From NCBI RefSeq assembly GCF_009834535.1, contig NC_045696.1, positions 17,176,001-17,240,000 on the forward strand: DNA of 64,000 nt, read 5' to 3'. The position numbers and the translations under genes are program-made. A model generated the notes under the pieces. The model made no database searches. It had not been told where the DNA came from and saw only the letters and a program-made list of their open reading frames with translations. Below are positions 52,150-64,000 of this stretch, piece by piece (position 1 is the first letter of the stretch; each line of letters starts with the position of its first letter). Source of the DNA: Camelus ferus (Eukaryota).

Positions 52150-52810
52150 AGCAGATCATCATGGTCTTGTAAATCATAATAAAATGATTGGTTTTTACTC
52201 TTGGTCCAATGTCAACCACTGGAAAATTTGAAAATACAAGTGTCAAGATCTGATTTAAGGTATCAAAGGGCAGCTGTGGCTTTAGCAGAGTCAGCAAAAA
52301 TGGAAGGAAGGGCATGAGTTAGGAAACCAATAAAATAATCTAGATGTGGGAAGGTGGTGGCTTTGACTGTGTGGAGACAGCAGTGTGGTGAAAAGGGATT
52401 GACTTTCAAATGTATTTTGAATATAGAGTGGACAAGGTCTTCTGAAAGGCCTATAATATGTGTATGAAAGAAAAGGAAGTATCAGTTATGACAGCACATA
52501 CTTTAATCTCAGTAACTAAGAAATCTGAAATTTTATCAATTTATAGGGAGTAAGGGGAAGTACAGAAGAGACATGAATGAAGGACTGGACTCAGGCACTG
52601 TGATGTTTAGAATCCAGAGTGTAAAGAAGAATCAGCCAAGAAACTGACCTGGGGTGACCAGATATGGAAGTGGAAAATGAGGTGAATTCAGTATTCTGAA
52701 GACCAGTGAATAAATTGTCTCCAGGAGAAGAAAGAAACCACTGGTGTCAAAACCTGCTGATGGACAAGTATTCATCACAGGATTTAGCAACATAAAGGTC
52801 ATCAGTCACA
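52150..52810 (-). mobile_element. L2 fragment (related pieces at ~51360-51600 and ~53255-53900)
   Basis: gcagatcatcatggtcttgtaaatcataataaaatgattggtttttactc..agttaggaaaccaataaaataatctagatg..ggatttagcaacataaaggtcatcagt. Confidence 0.6.
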
Positions 52811-52845
52811 GCATCATTTCTTGCCTGGATTATTGCAGTAGTATT

Positions 52846-53250
52846 TGTCATGGGCAGAACTACCTTTGCAATAGACTCTACAATGGAGATTTGTGCAGAC
52901 AGTTATTGATGAGTACTCTCTAGAACAACACTCATGAAAAATAATTAGAAGCATGATCAGGTAGAGGGAGAAAAGGGAACTGTGATTCAGTTACAAGAGG
53001 TCTCTAACAGTTCTCTAGGCAGTTCTAGACTGGGATAACCCTGCAGAGATGCACTGAACTGAAGTTCAGTTACCACATGTAGCCTCAGGTGACGCATCCT
53101 CCTTCAGCCAAGGGAGATTTTTGGCACTGACCGATCTGGAAGTTATCAACAGACAACGCTCTCAAGAAGTGGGAAAATGAGTGCTTTATTCCTGAGAACA
53201 ATGGAGTTTTCTCCAATGGAGAATCTGCATGATGTTTTTCAGCATCCAAG
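52846..53250 (-). mobile_element. LTR16-like solo LTR inserted in L2 sequence
   Basis: tgtcatgggcagaact...gactctacaatggagatttgtgcagacagttattgatgagtactc resembles reverse LTR16. Confidence 0.5.
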
Positions 53251-55443
53251 AGAATCTAGTAACTGGTTGCCTTGTTCTCTTATAGTCTATCCTCAACACA
53301 GCAGTCAGAATGATGCTGTTGAAACAGAAGTCACATTGTGTAGAAAACCCTCAAATAGTTACCCTTCTTGCCTTCCTACTTACAAAATCTATACAGTGAA
53401 CTGCAGTGCCCAGCACAGTTCATCCCCGAATTATTTCTCTTACTTGATACACTGTTCTCTCTCTCTCACCCACTTCTTTGAAGCCTTTTTTTAAAATAGA
53501 CTTATGCCCCCAATCCAGAAACAATGCACTTTCTTTTTCATATACTTTGAATGCACTTACTTTACAGAACTACATCATTATCAATTTCCCTTTGTTATTT
53601 GATAAAGTATTTTCTTAGATGTTCTTTTATCCCCCTATATAATATCTTAATAAACTGTCTGACTTCTGGAAAACCTGTTCCTCATCCTTGCCTTAGGTCT
53701 ATAGTATTTGTAACTTCTGTGTAGCTAAAATATGTATTTCATTTAATATTTGTCTATTCCCACTGAAAGTAAGTGGCATAGGGCAGTTGGGGGTTTGCCT
53801 CACTGCTAGAAACAGCGTACCGGAGAGTGCCAAAGTGTAGAGAACCTCCAGTTAATGTTTCCTGGACAAATGAATGATGAGTGAATGAATGGATGATGGA
53901 AATTTGCTCTCCAATATGAATTTGGGTAGATTTAATCAGAAAAAAAAAAAGAACTATGATCATAACAATTAGCCTAGTGATCAGATGAGGCTCGATATTT
54001 CCTGGTAGGATGTGGTATCAGCATACTGGACTGCTGCTAATAAAGAGGTGTTCATTATAAAATTTTGAAAAAATATTGCAGCAAATATGGAAGTTACTTG
54101 GATATTTATCAATAAATTAATTATATGAAGACATTTGTTACTGAATAATGTCACAAGATCATTAAAAAATAAGTTTATTGTATAAGAAAAATCAATAAAA
54201 ATTTTGCTAGGAAACTTTGGATTTTATTTTTATGTTTTAGATATGTTTTTTCTTTAATATAAGATACTTTTAAGATAATAATTTTAGGATAATATTATCC
54301 AAGTATTTCCCCTGAGTTTTTTCCACTATGTGATCACAGCTTAAAAAAATGGTTATTCTGGGAAAAACTTGACTTATTATTACTAATATTAGTAATATAA
54401 GATGACTTTGTAAACTATTTAAACTAATAAGCTTATGTGCTAAAACTTAGTAGGTTAGGTTAAATGTGTGTGAAAAGTATATTTGTATATGGTTTAAATA
54501 TATCTGTTGTCCTGATAAATTACCAAAGCATAACATTTCACACACATAACTTTTATTTGAATACTTTTCCAAGATAGCATGGTTTTTTTGATAGTTGATA
54601 TTGAACTATTTTTGTTCCAGCTGACAAGCATTCTGTATGCTATGATAAAATTATATATTTGCATAAAATTGTATGCATTGCAAATCAAAGTCATCTCTCA
54701 AATTTATTCCTTTCAAAAGAGCAATGCATCAGTAGAAATATGCAATTTTGCTTCATCATTCAAACATAATGGGAGCACTGGAATGTGCTAAATACATAGA
54801 GTTGAAGCATGATTTATAGATTTGTATGAAAATCTACTGATAATGCCATCTCAATATTATGCTTCCTCATCCTTTTCCTTATTTTAAAATATATTCCGTA
54901 TTTTAAGGAAAAGTAACATATTCTAACTCAAGTTCTGGAATAGCAATTTTACATTGACATATAAAATATGTTTTCAACTAATTTCATTTGCAAGAAAGTT
55001 CACTGATTAATTGATCTTCTCTTCAGGAGTAATCTTCCTACATTAAGTAGTACACAAGTATAAGGACGGAAGTAACAGATAAAGAAAAAATACTATGAAA
55101 TTAAAACCTAATGCCGTAAAATATCCCTGTTTTATACGTATAAAAAGAGACAAGATCATAGCGATTTGAAAAGATTAACACAATGTATTATTCTTAGGAA
55201 GGATCATGGAATATTTGCCTATTTTAAATTACTCTGCATACGTATTTAGCATTGTCGCTGGTTTAATAGAATGGATGTCTCCTTTACATCCAACTCCTAT
55301 CCAGCCTATTTTTCCCAAGACAATCAGCTAAAACAACAGAAACATCCGACTAAGTGTAAAATAATAGTTCTCACATAATCTCATTATCTAATTATAAAAT
55401 AAGTGAAATTAAAACAAATGCCAACTTTATTTCCGAATTTTTA

Positions 55444-55761
55444 AACTTGTTAAAATTGAACTATAGTTGATTTACAATGTTGTATTAGTTTCTGGTGTAC
55501 AGCATAGTGATTCAGTTATGCAAATATATATTCTTTTTCATATTCTTTTTCATTACAGGTTACTACAAGCCATTGAATATGGTTCCCTGTGCTATACAGT
55601 AGGACCTTTTTGTTTATTTGTTTTATATATGATAATTTGTATCTGCCAATCCCAAACTCCCAATTTATCCCTCTACCCCCCTGGTAACCATAAGTTTGGT
55701 TTCTGTGTCTGTGAGTCTCTTTCTGTTTTGTAAATAAGTTCATTTTGTATATTTTTAAATA
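55444..55761 (-). mobile_element. Cetartiodactyl-type L1 3' end flanked by a 58-bp direct repeat
   Basis: tatagttgatttacaatgttgtattagtttctggtgtacagcatagtgattcag..gttccctgtgctatacagtaggacct..ggtaaccataagtttg. Confidence 0.9.
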
Positions 55762-57644
55762 ATCTAATTATAAAAGAAATGCAATTAAAATAGATGCCAA
55801 GTTTATCTCAGAATTTTTAGTGGGACCTTCACCATAGGTAAGAATAGACAGCCTTGAGACTATTTGCCAGGCTTCACCATGTAATGGGACTTAGAAAGGT
55901 TAGGTCACAAAAAATTACAAGGGTACTTAACATTGTACTTTTTTAAAGAGAGATGTAATTAAATCAATTAATACTTACGATGTGTTTGAAACAGTGCTTA
56001 GCATATAGTAAACATCAATACTGATAACTGAAAATATTATTTCTTGATCTTTAGATATGTGGGATCTTTCTGTCTCTCTAGTAGACTTGTTTTATTTTTC
56101 GTGCAGATTTTTCTGAAATAATACTTACTGTTCTCTCATACAGAAGAAACATATGCTCTACTGAAGTTATAACTGATAGCTATTGCTGACTTGTGCAGAT
56201 CATGGAGAGCAAAAGGTAGGGTATGCAGTGCAGAGGCACTTTACCCAACCCATGACAATAACTCTCTAGGGAGATTGGAAGAAATAGAGAATGGTTCAGT
56301 GCTAATAATAAAGGATTTATGGTACTAATATTTATTATCATTGTCAGAAATATTTATAGATATAGTATTTTCTTATACTTTAAAGCAATAAAGAGACTTT
56401 AATGAAAACCTTTATCCAAATTTCTTTTTATTCTTATTTAATATATTTTACACATTAACTTAGTACAGGGAACCGAACAAGAGTTAAGGAGTTGGGACAG
56501 TTTATTACTGTAACTCTATTTTAATAATATCTGACAACCAATCCATCATAATGCATTCTCACATTTATTTTGCTTTGATTTTTCAATGCTGATCTTTTTG
56601 AAGCTTGACAGACACATGATAAATTACAGTATGATTAAGTAAATGAGTCCATTGTTTAAAATATATCATGAAGATATCTTTTGCAATTTACCTACACCTT
56701 TTCTGTCACATTTTTTAACCTATGCAAAATTTTTATGTAGTCAAAGTTCTCAATATTTTTCTGTAAGGCTTCTTGATTCTGTATCTTGCTAGAATGATCG
56801 TCCCCATTAAAATACACTCCCCAATTGTACTTTTGAGTTTTAATTTGCACTTTAGTTGTATTATTTATCTGGAGTCATATTTAGTACAAGAGTAAAGATA
56901 CACTCAGACTTTTATATATAAATTTTTAATTTATATTTTAAGACAGTAAAGAGGAAATTATTTTTCACTTTTACCTCACTCTCAAATCTCTGACTTACGT
57001 ATTTTGAGTTTTTGATCGGGATTTGGGCCTGGGGCTGGATGAGTAAGCTAAACAGTAGAAAATATGTAATCAGAGCACCTCCAAAAATGTTTTTTATTGC
57101 CTTTTCTGAAACAAAATACTTATATACACACTCTGAAGTGGTGAAATTGAGTCTCCTTGCTAATACAGTGATACAATCTTTCAATCAGGTTTATGCCAGG
57201 TTTATTGAAGCCTCGAGAAAAAGGTTCAGATTGTAGACATTTACCTTATTTTGAGAAAATATGATAAAACATACAAAGGTATTGAGGCTGTGAAGCCAGG
57301 AGGGTAAATTGGAGCCTTGCATCTCAGTGACCTGGATACTCACATACTGACTTCGTTCAGGTTCTTCCCAGATGCTCAAGTCTGGTAGCAAACGTGGGAC
57401 ATCAAACACTATGAGCTCTCTACATTGCTTTTAAGTTCTGACACTTCCTGCCTCCTATTCACCTATCTGTTTGCATATGCAGCAGAGCAACCTGTTTTCA
57501 TGCAAATCTTTTCTGAGGAAAGATACAGGCATTACAGAGAAAAACATTGTGAATTCTTATTTTCTAGAATCCATAAAATGAAAAAATATACCACTAATGC
57601 TACCCTTATACCTTATTTTTTTTAAATCTTCACACTAAGTTTAT

Positions 57645-58195
57645 TTTACCCATTAAAAGAATAATGAAGGAATACTATGAAAAATTCTATATCCACAAAA
57701 CTTACACAAGACATAGACAATCTGAATAAGCTTATTCCCCCTTAAAGAAATTGAGCCAATAATTAATAGCCTTACAAAGTAGAAAGCCCCAGGCCCAGAT
57801 AGATTCATTGATAAATTCTACTAAACATTTGGGGAAGAAATTTCACCAAGTCTCTATAATCTCTTTCATAGGATAGAAGCAGAAGGAATACGTCCTAACT
57901 CAGTCCATGAGGCCGGCGTTACCTTAATAGCAAAGCCAGACAAAGATATTTCAAGAAAATTTTAAAGATACTTCTCACGAAGATAGATGCAAAAATCCTC
58001 AACAAAATATTAGAAAATCAGATCCAAAGAAGTATAAAAATAATTGTACACCCTGATCAGGTGGGATTTATCCCACGTTTCAAGCTTGTTTCAACATTTA
58101 AAAACAAATTTACGCAATCTCTCACATCAATAAGCTAAAAAGGCGAAATTGCATGATCCTATCAATTAATGCATAAATAAGCATTTGGCATAAGT
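57645..58195 (+). mobile_element. L1 ORF2 (RT region) fragment
   Basis: agaaagccccaggcccagatagattcattgataaattcta; atagatgcaaaaatcctcaacaaaatattag; gatcaggtgggatttatccca. Confidence 0.85.
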
Positions 58196-58469
58196 GAGAA
58201 CAAAACAATTGTATATGTGTATATAAATGCAGAAACTCAGTAGGAGTCAATCAACAATAAAACTGTAACTGTTTTTTCCTTAGAAAACATATTCAGTGTA
58301 AAGCAACCCATTCTTAAGTGGAGGATCGAATCTAAGCTAAGAGGAATATCAGCACATGAGGAGGCTAATGAATAGTTAAAAATTAGTAGTTCAATAAACT
58401 GGTAGTTTTAATCAATTCAAAGTTTTTGGGGAAGACCTAGTAAATGAATTGACTTAAAATACAGGAGGT

Positions 58470-58950
58470 TAGGAGATGTAATATATACAATGGAATAATA
58501 CTCAGATGTTTAAAAAAAAAGAGAGAGAGAATGAAATAACGTCATTTGCAGGAATATGGATGGGCCTAGAGATTATCATACCAAGTAAATCAGACAGAGA
58601 AAAACAAATCTATGGTATCACTTATATGTGGAATCTAAAACAATGATGCAAATATACTTATTTACAAAATAGAAAGAGACTCACAGACATAGAAAGCAAA
58701 TTTATGATTACCAAAGTGGAAAGGAGGGAAAGGATAAATTGGGAGTTTGGGATTAGCAGATACAAACTACCACATATTAAAAAAAACAAAAAAAAAAACC
58801 CAAAAAACAAAAAACAGCATAGCACATCCAATATCTTGTAGCAACCTATAATAAAAAATATGAAAAATTATACACACATAACTGAATCACTGTGCTGTAC
58901 ACCAGAAACATAACATTGTAAATCAGCTATACTTCAATTAAAAAAATAAA
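58470..58950 (+). mobile_element. L1 3' UTR insertion with diverged TSD
   Basis: tatacaatggaataatactcag..cacttatatgtggaatctaaaa..gggagtttgggattagcagatacaaactac..ctatacttcaattaaaaaa. Flanks aatacaggaggt and ggtacaagaggt. Confidence 0.85.
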
Positions 58951-59039
58951 AGGTACAAGAGGTGGTTGCCAGAAAGTGAGATATTTAGGAGAGATTTAAA
59001 AACGATTGCAACTTTTGTGGTTGACTCTGTCTCAGTTTC

Positions 59040-59427
59040 AGCTGTGTGAGTCTGTTAAGACTACCATTACAAGGTACCACGACCAGGTAGCTTAAATAAC
59101 AGAACTGCATTCTCTCCAGGTACAGAGGCTAGAAGTGTGAGGTCAAGGTCTGACAGCACTGGCTTCTCCTGAGGGCGTGGCTCCTTGACTTACAGATGGC
59201 TGTCTTCTTCTGGTGTCTTCACGTGGCTTTCTGGGTGTGTGTGTTTATGACCTAATCTCTTTTTTAAAAGTACATCAGTTTTAGTGTGAGAGCTCACTCA
59301 TAGGACCTCATTTTATCTTAATTACCACTGTAAAGGCCCTGTCTCCAAGTACAATCACATTCTGATGTACCGGGATTTAGAACTTCAACATAGGAGTTTT
59401 GGGGTGTACAGTTCAGCCCAGTAACAC
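59040..59427 (-). mobile_element. MLT1 (MaLR) solo LTR
   Basis: gcttaaataacagaa..ggctagaagtgtgaggtcaagg..gacctcattttatcttaattacc..gtacagttcagcccagtaaca. Confidence 0.85.
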
Positions 59428-60334
59428 CAAATAATGGAGCCTGTGAATGACTAGGTTCTGAGAATCAGGAGCAGAGATGGGGTGGCCAGCAGATGGCAGG
59501 AAAAGGAAGGGGATCTGATGGTAGAATCTCAAGGCAAGAATTCCAGTGATTCAGGGAAGTTAAAAATGAATGATTTGGAAATGGGAGGGGTTGTCTGTGA
59601 GGAAATCTCCTTTCCTGAAGCTCAGAGACAGAGTTACCTGGAACTAAGTGTTTAGAGTAGAGACTTGTGAGAGAAAGAAAGCCTACACTTGAGAAGTTTT
59701 TAATTAGATCAAAATATTCAGGTGACATGTAAGTTTTAGTAAGGGGAAGAGGGACTAGAACACCCATTGGTATCATTTTCTGACAGAAGCTTTCAATAAT
59801 TGCTTTATTTAATCCAATTTGCAGTCCCATCTTAATGATACTCATTTATATCAGTCTCTACTCTTTAACTCACTGTTCTTCCTACAGTTTATGACATATT
59901 TATTTATCCACTTGCTTGTTATTTTGTTTTATTTTACTTCCACGCCAAGAGGATAATCAGTCCAGAAGGGCAGAGGCTATAAAAGATTTGCTTAATCTAA
60001 TAACTGTGTATGCACGGCCAGTATATAGATCAGCTTTATTTATTTATGCATATACTACAGTCGTGACCCTGTCTCTGAGGGAGGCTAGCTCAATGAGGAA
60101 AGAAGATGTACTGGTTGCAGCACTTTGTAAGATGCTTTGCAATTTTTTTCTCCCACTGAGTATTAATCTCCTAGTCTTCAATGTTTAAATATGTTTTTAT
60201 ATTGGTTAATTCCACTTCCAAGTCCCATTGTTAAAACTCCTTTAGTCATTAATTGCTATCTTTTGCCACAGAAATTCTGTTGTTCTCACTTGCAAGATCT
60301 TTTCAACACGGGAAGCTAACTTCTAAGCTCTAAA

Positions 60335-60628
60335 TCTAAGGTCAAGGGTCAAGCCAATATGTGTTAGTACCAATTTGTATTTTTGCTTGTTTCCATGGTG
60401 TAAACACTGTCAGTATAGATAATTTCAAGCTACAAAACTAATCTTGCTGAACGTGGAGTAGAGATGAAAAGCTCGCGTGCATACTACCTTTTGTTTTTAA
60501 TATATTTTATTTAATTTTAGGTCAATAGAATTCACTTTTTAAGGAGGGATATGTTTAACAACTGACTTGTGAAATTCCCTAAAATTTGCTTACACGAGTC
60601 AGTCAGGACCAGTTCCAGCACACACTTG
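60335..60628. mobile_element. hAT-type DNA transposon fossil (MER63-like)
   Basis: Ends gagtcagtcaggaccagttccagcacacacttg, resembling the MER63 terminus; internal ccatggtgtaaacact..aatttcaagctac. Confidence 0.5.
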
Positions 60629-63408
60629 GACCCAGCCATGCAGCCTCCTGTTCTGGTCCCTGCCACCTCTCCAGCATTTATGGAGCACACTTGAACCCAC
60701 GCTTTGTAGAAAATGCCAACTTGATCTTTCAGCTTTTTACCACTTGCCTTCCCCCTTTTCCCAGTGGATGTGCCAGACAACCATCACATGTGTTTTCTGC
60801 AGAAATAACGCTTACTAACAAGTTTTACACTCTGAAAATTGACTTTTTAAAATAATTCTGTTAATCTAGCAGCTGTTTGTCCATGAGCGAATGAGAGTAA
60901 TCTGGAGTTAGAGCTCTTTCGATACTGAACTGCCTGTTTTGAGGTCTATTTTTTTCAGCATTTATATACTATTACCTTATTTGCTAAAGAGTAAATGACC
61001 ACTTTCTGGCATTAGTGTCAAATACTAAAAGCATAACCAGAAAATGGATGCAGACAGCAGTTGAAGGCCAGGAAGAAACAAATAAAATGGACCTGCCAAT
61101 TACTTTCTGTGCATCTGGACAGGAACAGACTGATCTACAGGAAGCTGCCAGCGGACAGAGGAAAATCAGGCCTTTCAAATGTGGACATGATTAAGGCACC
61201 TTTCCAATTCATCTTCAACTGTGAGAGAAAGAAAGGCTGCTAAAATTGCAAGCTGCATTAGTAATGCGCAAGATTATTATCCAACTTTTGCATAAATTAC
61301 TCAAACCTGTTACTCATTCTCAAACATGAGTCTTTCATAATGTCAGGTACTCACTCTGGGAAATATCTTTCCCTCATTCAACCAACACACTTGTACTGGG
61401 AATTACATTTGGATAATACAACTACCATTTCTTTTCTAAATATTATTTAAAATATTTTATGAAAAAATTATCTGTGATTTCTTATTGAATGTAGCCTTAA
61501 CCTATATAGATGAATAATAAAGTACAGAAATAGAAAATTTTATTTTCAATAACTTTTAGTATCAAAGAATTTTAGAAATGAAAAACAAGTGCCAATGGGG
61601 GGATATCTTGACACCAATGAAAAGTTAAATTTAACTTCTCATTCCTTCACAATTTCTTCATTTCACAACAAAGCAAAACAAAACAAAGCAAAGATTTGAC
61701 TTAAAAGATCACTTTCCATTTTCAAGTATTTGAGTATTTGATTATACATGGGCACACACACACGGAGGTATGTGTGTATATATTTACTCACAAAACCAAG
61801 TTGGTCAAAAGTAATAAGCTGTTTCACCTAATTAAGGTCATAGGGACAACAGAAATTGGAAGGTGGATGCAGATAGAGAGAGAAAGAGGTAAAACCAGTG
61901 AGCTTTATGGTTCTAAAACCATAAAGACTGTTAGCACACAGCGCATCCACCAATAATGGAGCTCAGCTCCTTGTGCTTCTGTTTTTCTCCACCCTCTAAT
62001 CAACTCTTAACCGCCTTTAGTTTCAGTCTCTAGGGAAATCATTTGATCGACCTATTTATTAGCCATCATTCCCATTTAAGCAAATAAAGTTATCAGAAAA
62101 AGTACATTTCCTTAAATTTGTAAATTATCTAATAAACATTTATTTTAGTTTAGTTCAATCTAAACACAACCTCTAAAAAGAAATACATAGATAAGTTACC
62201 AACAATAGTATATTTTTAAAGAAATAGAAAAAGCCAAGAGTGATGGGGTGAAAAACTTACCAAACTCCAAAGAGTCAAAGCAAGAGAAGCAAAAAACAAA
62301 AAACAAAACAAACAAACAAAAAAACTCAACAACATAATTAGAGAACAACTCTTTATTTCTGAAAATATTTATCAGTCTATGGCTGCTGTTTATCATTGCT
62401 TTCCAACCTTGATCTTCCATGTGATCTTCGAAGTCAGCAGCTAGCTGTTATGCTTAGTCTTGTGGTTACAGTTAATTCTATTTTCTTAGCCACTAAGGTT
62501 TTTAAAATTTGTGCATCTGTGGATTTAGCTAATTAATGTATATGTAAACTGTTTTATGTGCATTATCTCTTTTACCCTCAAAATAATCCAATAAGGTAAG
62601 TGCTATAATTATGTAGTTCGTAGATTAAACAAATATATAAAGACTTACTAACATCCATATGCATTATTTTCATATATAAAATATTCTCTATGTTTCTAGG
62701 TATGTTTTTGATTTAGTGACACATTGTATATAGGTGAATAATTGATTTCTTTACATATTATTTAAAGAATTTACTAAAGTCAATGTAATGTTTAAGGCAT
62801 TAAAATACTGAATGCATTGCTTCCTTTGAAACAGCAACAAATTGATTAATTTCACTTAAAAAATCCAGTCATGGTATAAAATTACGCTAGGAAAATGGCC
62901 CATCAGATCTGAATTAATTAAGTGGCAACATTATAACATCTAATTTAATAATCTAAGGAGGAAAATTCTGGGAAGTTAAGGAAACTGTTGATTGATTGCA
63001 ATTGATCTGCAATTATCTGTTCATTACCATATCACATCCTTGACAGCTTAACAAAGTCAACCTTGATAATGATAATGAAGCAGATAACATCACACTGTAC
63101 ATAAAGATGTGGCTTTACGAAATTCAAGATGTGTACTCATAAAATACTAAAGCTTGATTATGCTGATTATTGTTTGGAAAATTGCATTCAACTATATTTT
63201 TATCCATTATTGAAGCTGTTGTTATTTTTCTGAGACATAGTATGTGTCTCTAAGATTGCATATATTTATGATTTTCCAATATGTTTCATATGTGTATGTT
63301 TGAGTATGTAAACAACCATTTTAATACAATTATGTTGCACAATGACTGGGAATAAGTTACTGGAGCACTCTTATAGACGTATAAAAAATTCTCTAAAGTG
63401 TAACAGTT

Positions 63409-63510
63409 GAGAGGTGGGTATAGCTCAGGGGTAGAAAGCAGGCTTAGCAGGCAAAAGATCCTTGGTTCAATTCCCAGTATCTCCAGTAAAAAAAAAATTA
63501 TAATAAAATA
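63409..63510 (+). mobile_element. tRNA-derived SINE (camelid Vic-1-like)
   Basis: gggtatagctcaggggtagaaagcaggcttagcaggcaaaagatccttggttcaattcccagtatctcc plus A-tail. Flanks tgtaacagttgag and tgtaacatttgag. Confidence 0.85.
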
Positions 63511-63721
63511 AAATGTAACATTTGAGTAATGACTAAATACTCAAAAAATTCTTAAAGAATTTCACAAAAAAATTGCAAGTATAATCATAGTTTGAGAAAC
63601 ATTTGTTATTAATAAATAACTTTTTGGGGTTTAGTAGTAACTTTTCCAGGTATTTGTGAGACTTCAAGGTATTCAGTTTGATTAAGATTTTAAGGGCAAA
63701 ATTTATCTTCAGAATTCAAGT

Positions 63722-63792
63722 ATTTTTCTTTTTTTTCCTCAAAGTATAGTTGATTTACAATATTGTATTAGTTTCAGGTGTACAACATAGTC
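63722..63792 (-). mobile_element. Short L1 3' tail
   Basis: aagtatagttgatttacaatattgtattagtttcaggtgtacaacatagt. Confidence 0.7.
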
Positions 63793-64000
63793 CATTTTTA
63801 TTTACTTGAGAAACTTCAAGTTTACTGAAGAAGCTATGTGAATCCCATTGCAAGTAAAAACCATTTAATTTAATGAAAACTTCAATAGATATGTGGAAGT
63901 GATAAATCTCAGAGAAACACCATGCACCACTTGTCTCAGTTCATTGCTACACATAGCCGTTAATTTTCAAATGCACTGGTGGATGGTCAGGGAGGCATTA

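Overview
AT-rich mammalian genomic DNA. The tRNA-derived SINEs and the L1 3' ends resemble camelid families, so the source is probably alpaca or camel (inference). I recognise no intact protein-coding exon; the window looks like a gene desert or a very large intron. It is dominated by L1 fragments (several with clear target-site duplications), MIR/L2, MaLR and ERV LTRs, three degraded ERV-L-class internal segments and hAT fossils. The main finding is a ~1.9 kb degraded, non-repeat segment at ~44.5-46.4 kb (+). It reads as an endogenous bornavirus-like element: a glycoprotein-like region followed directly by a matrix-like region. G-then-M is the carbovirus/cultervirus gene order, not the orthobornavirus M-G order. 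This call rests on manual comparison with Borna disease virus 1 (BoDV-1) proteins recalled from memory and needs a tBLASTn/HMM check. Repeat boundaries and subfamily names are approximate.
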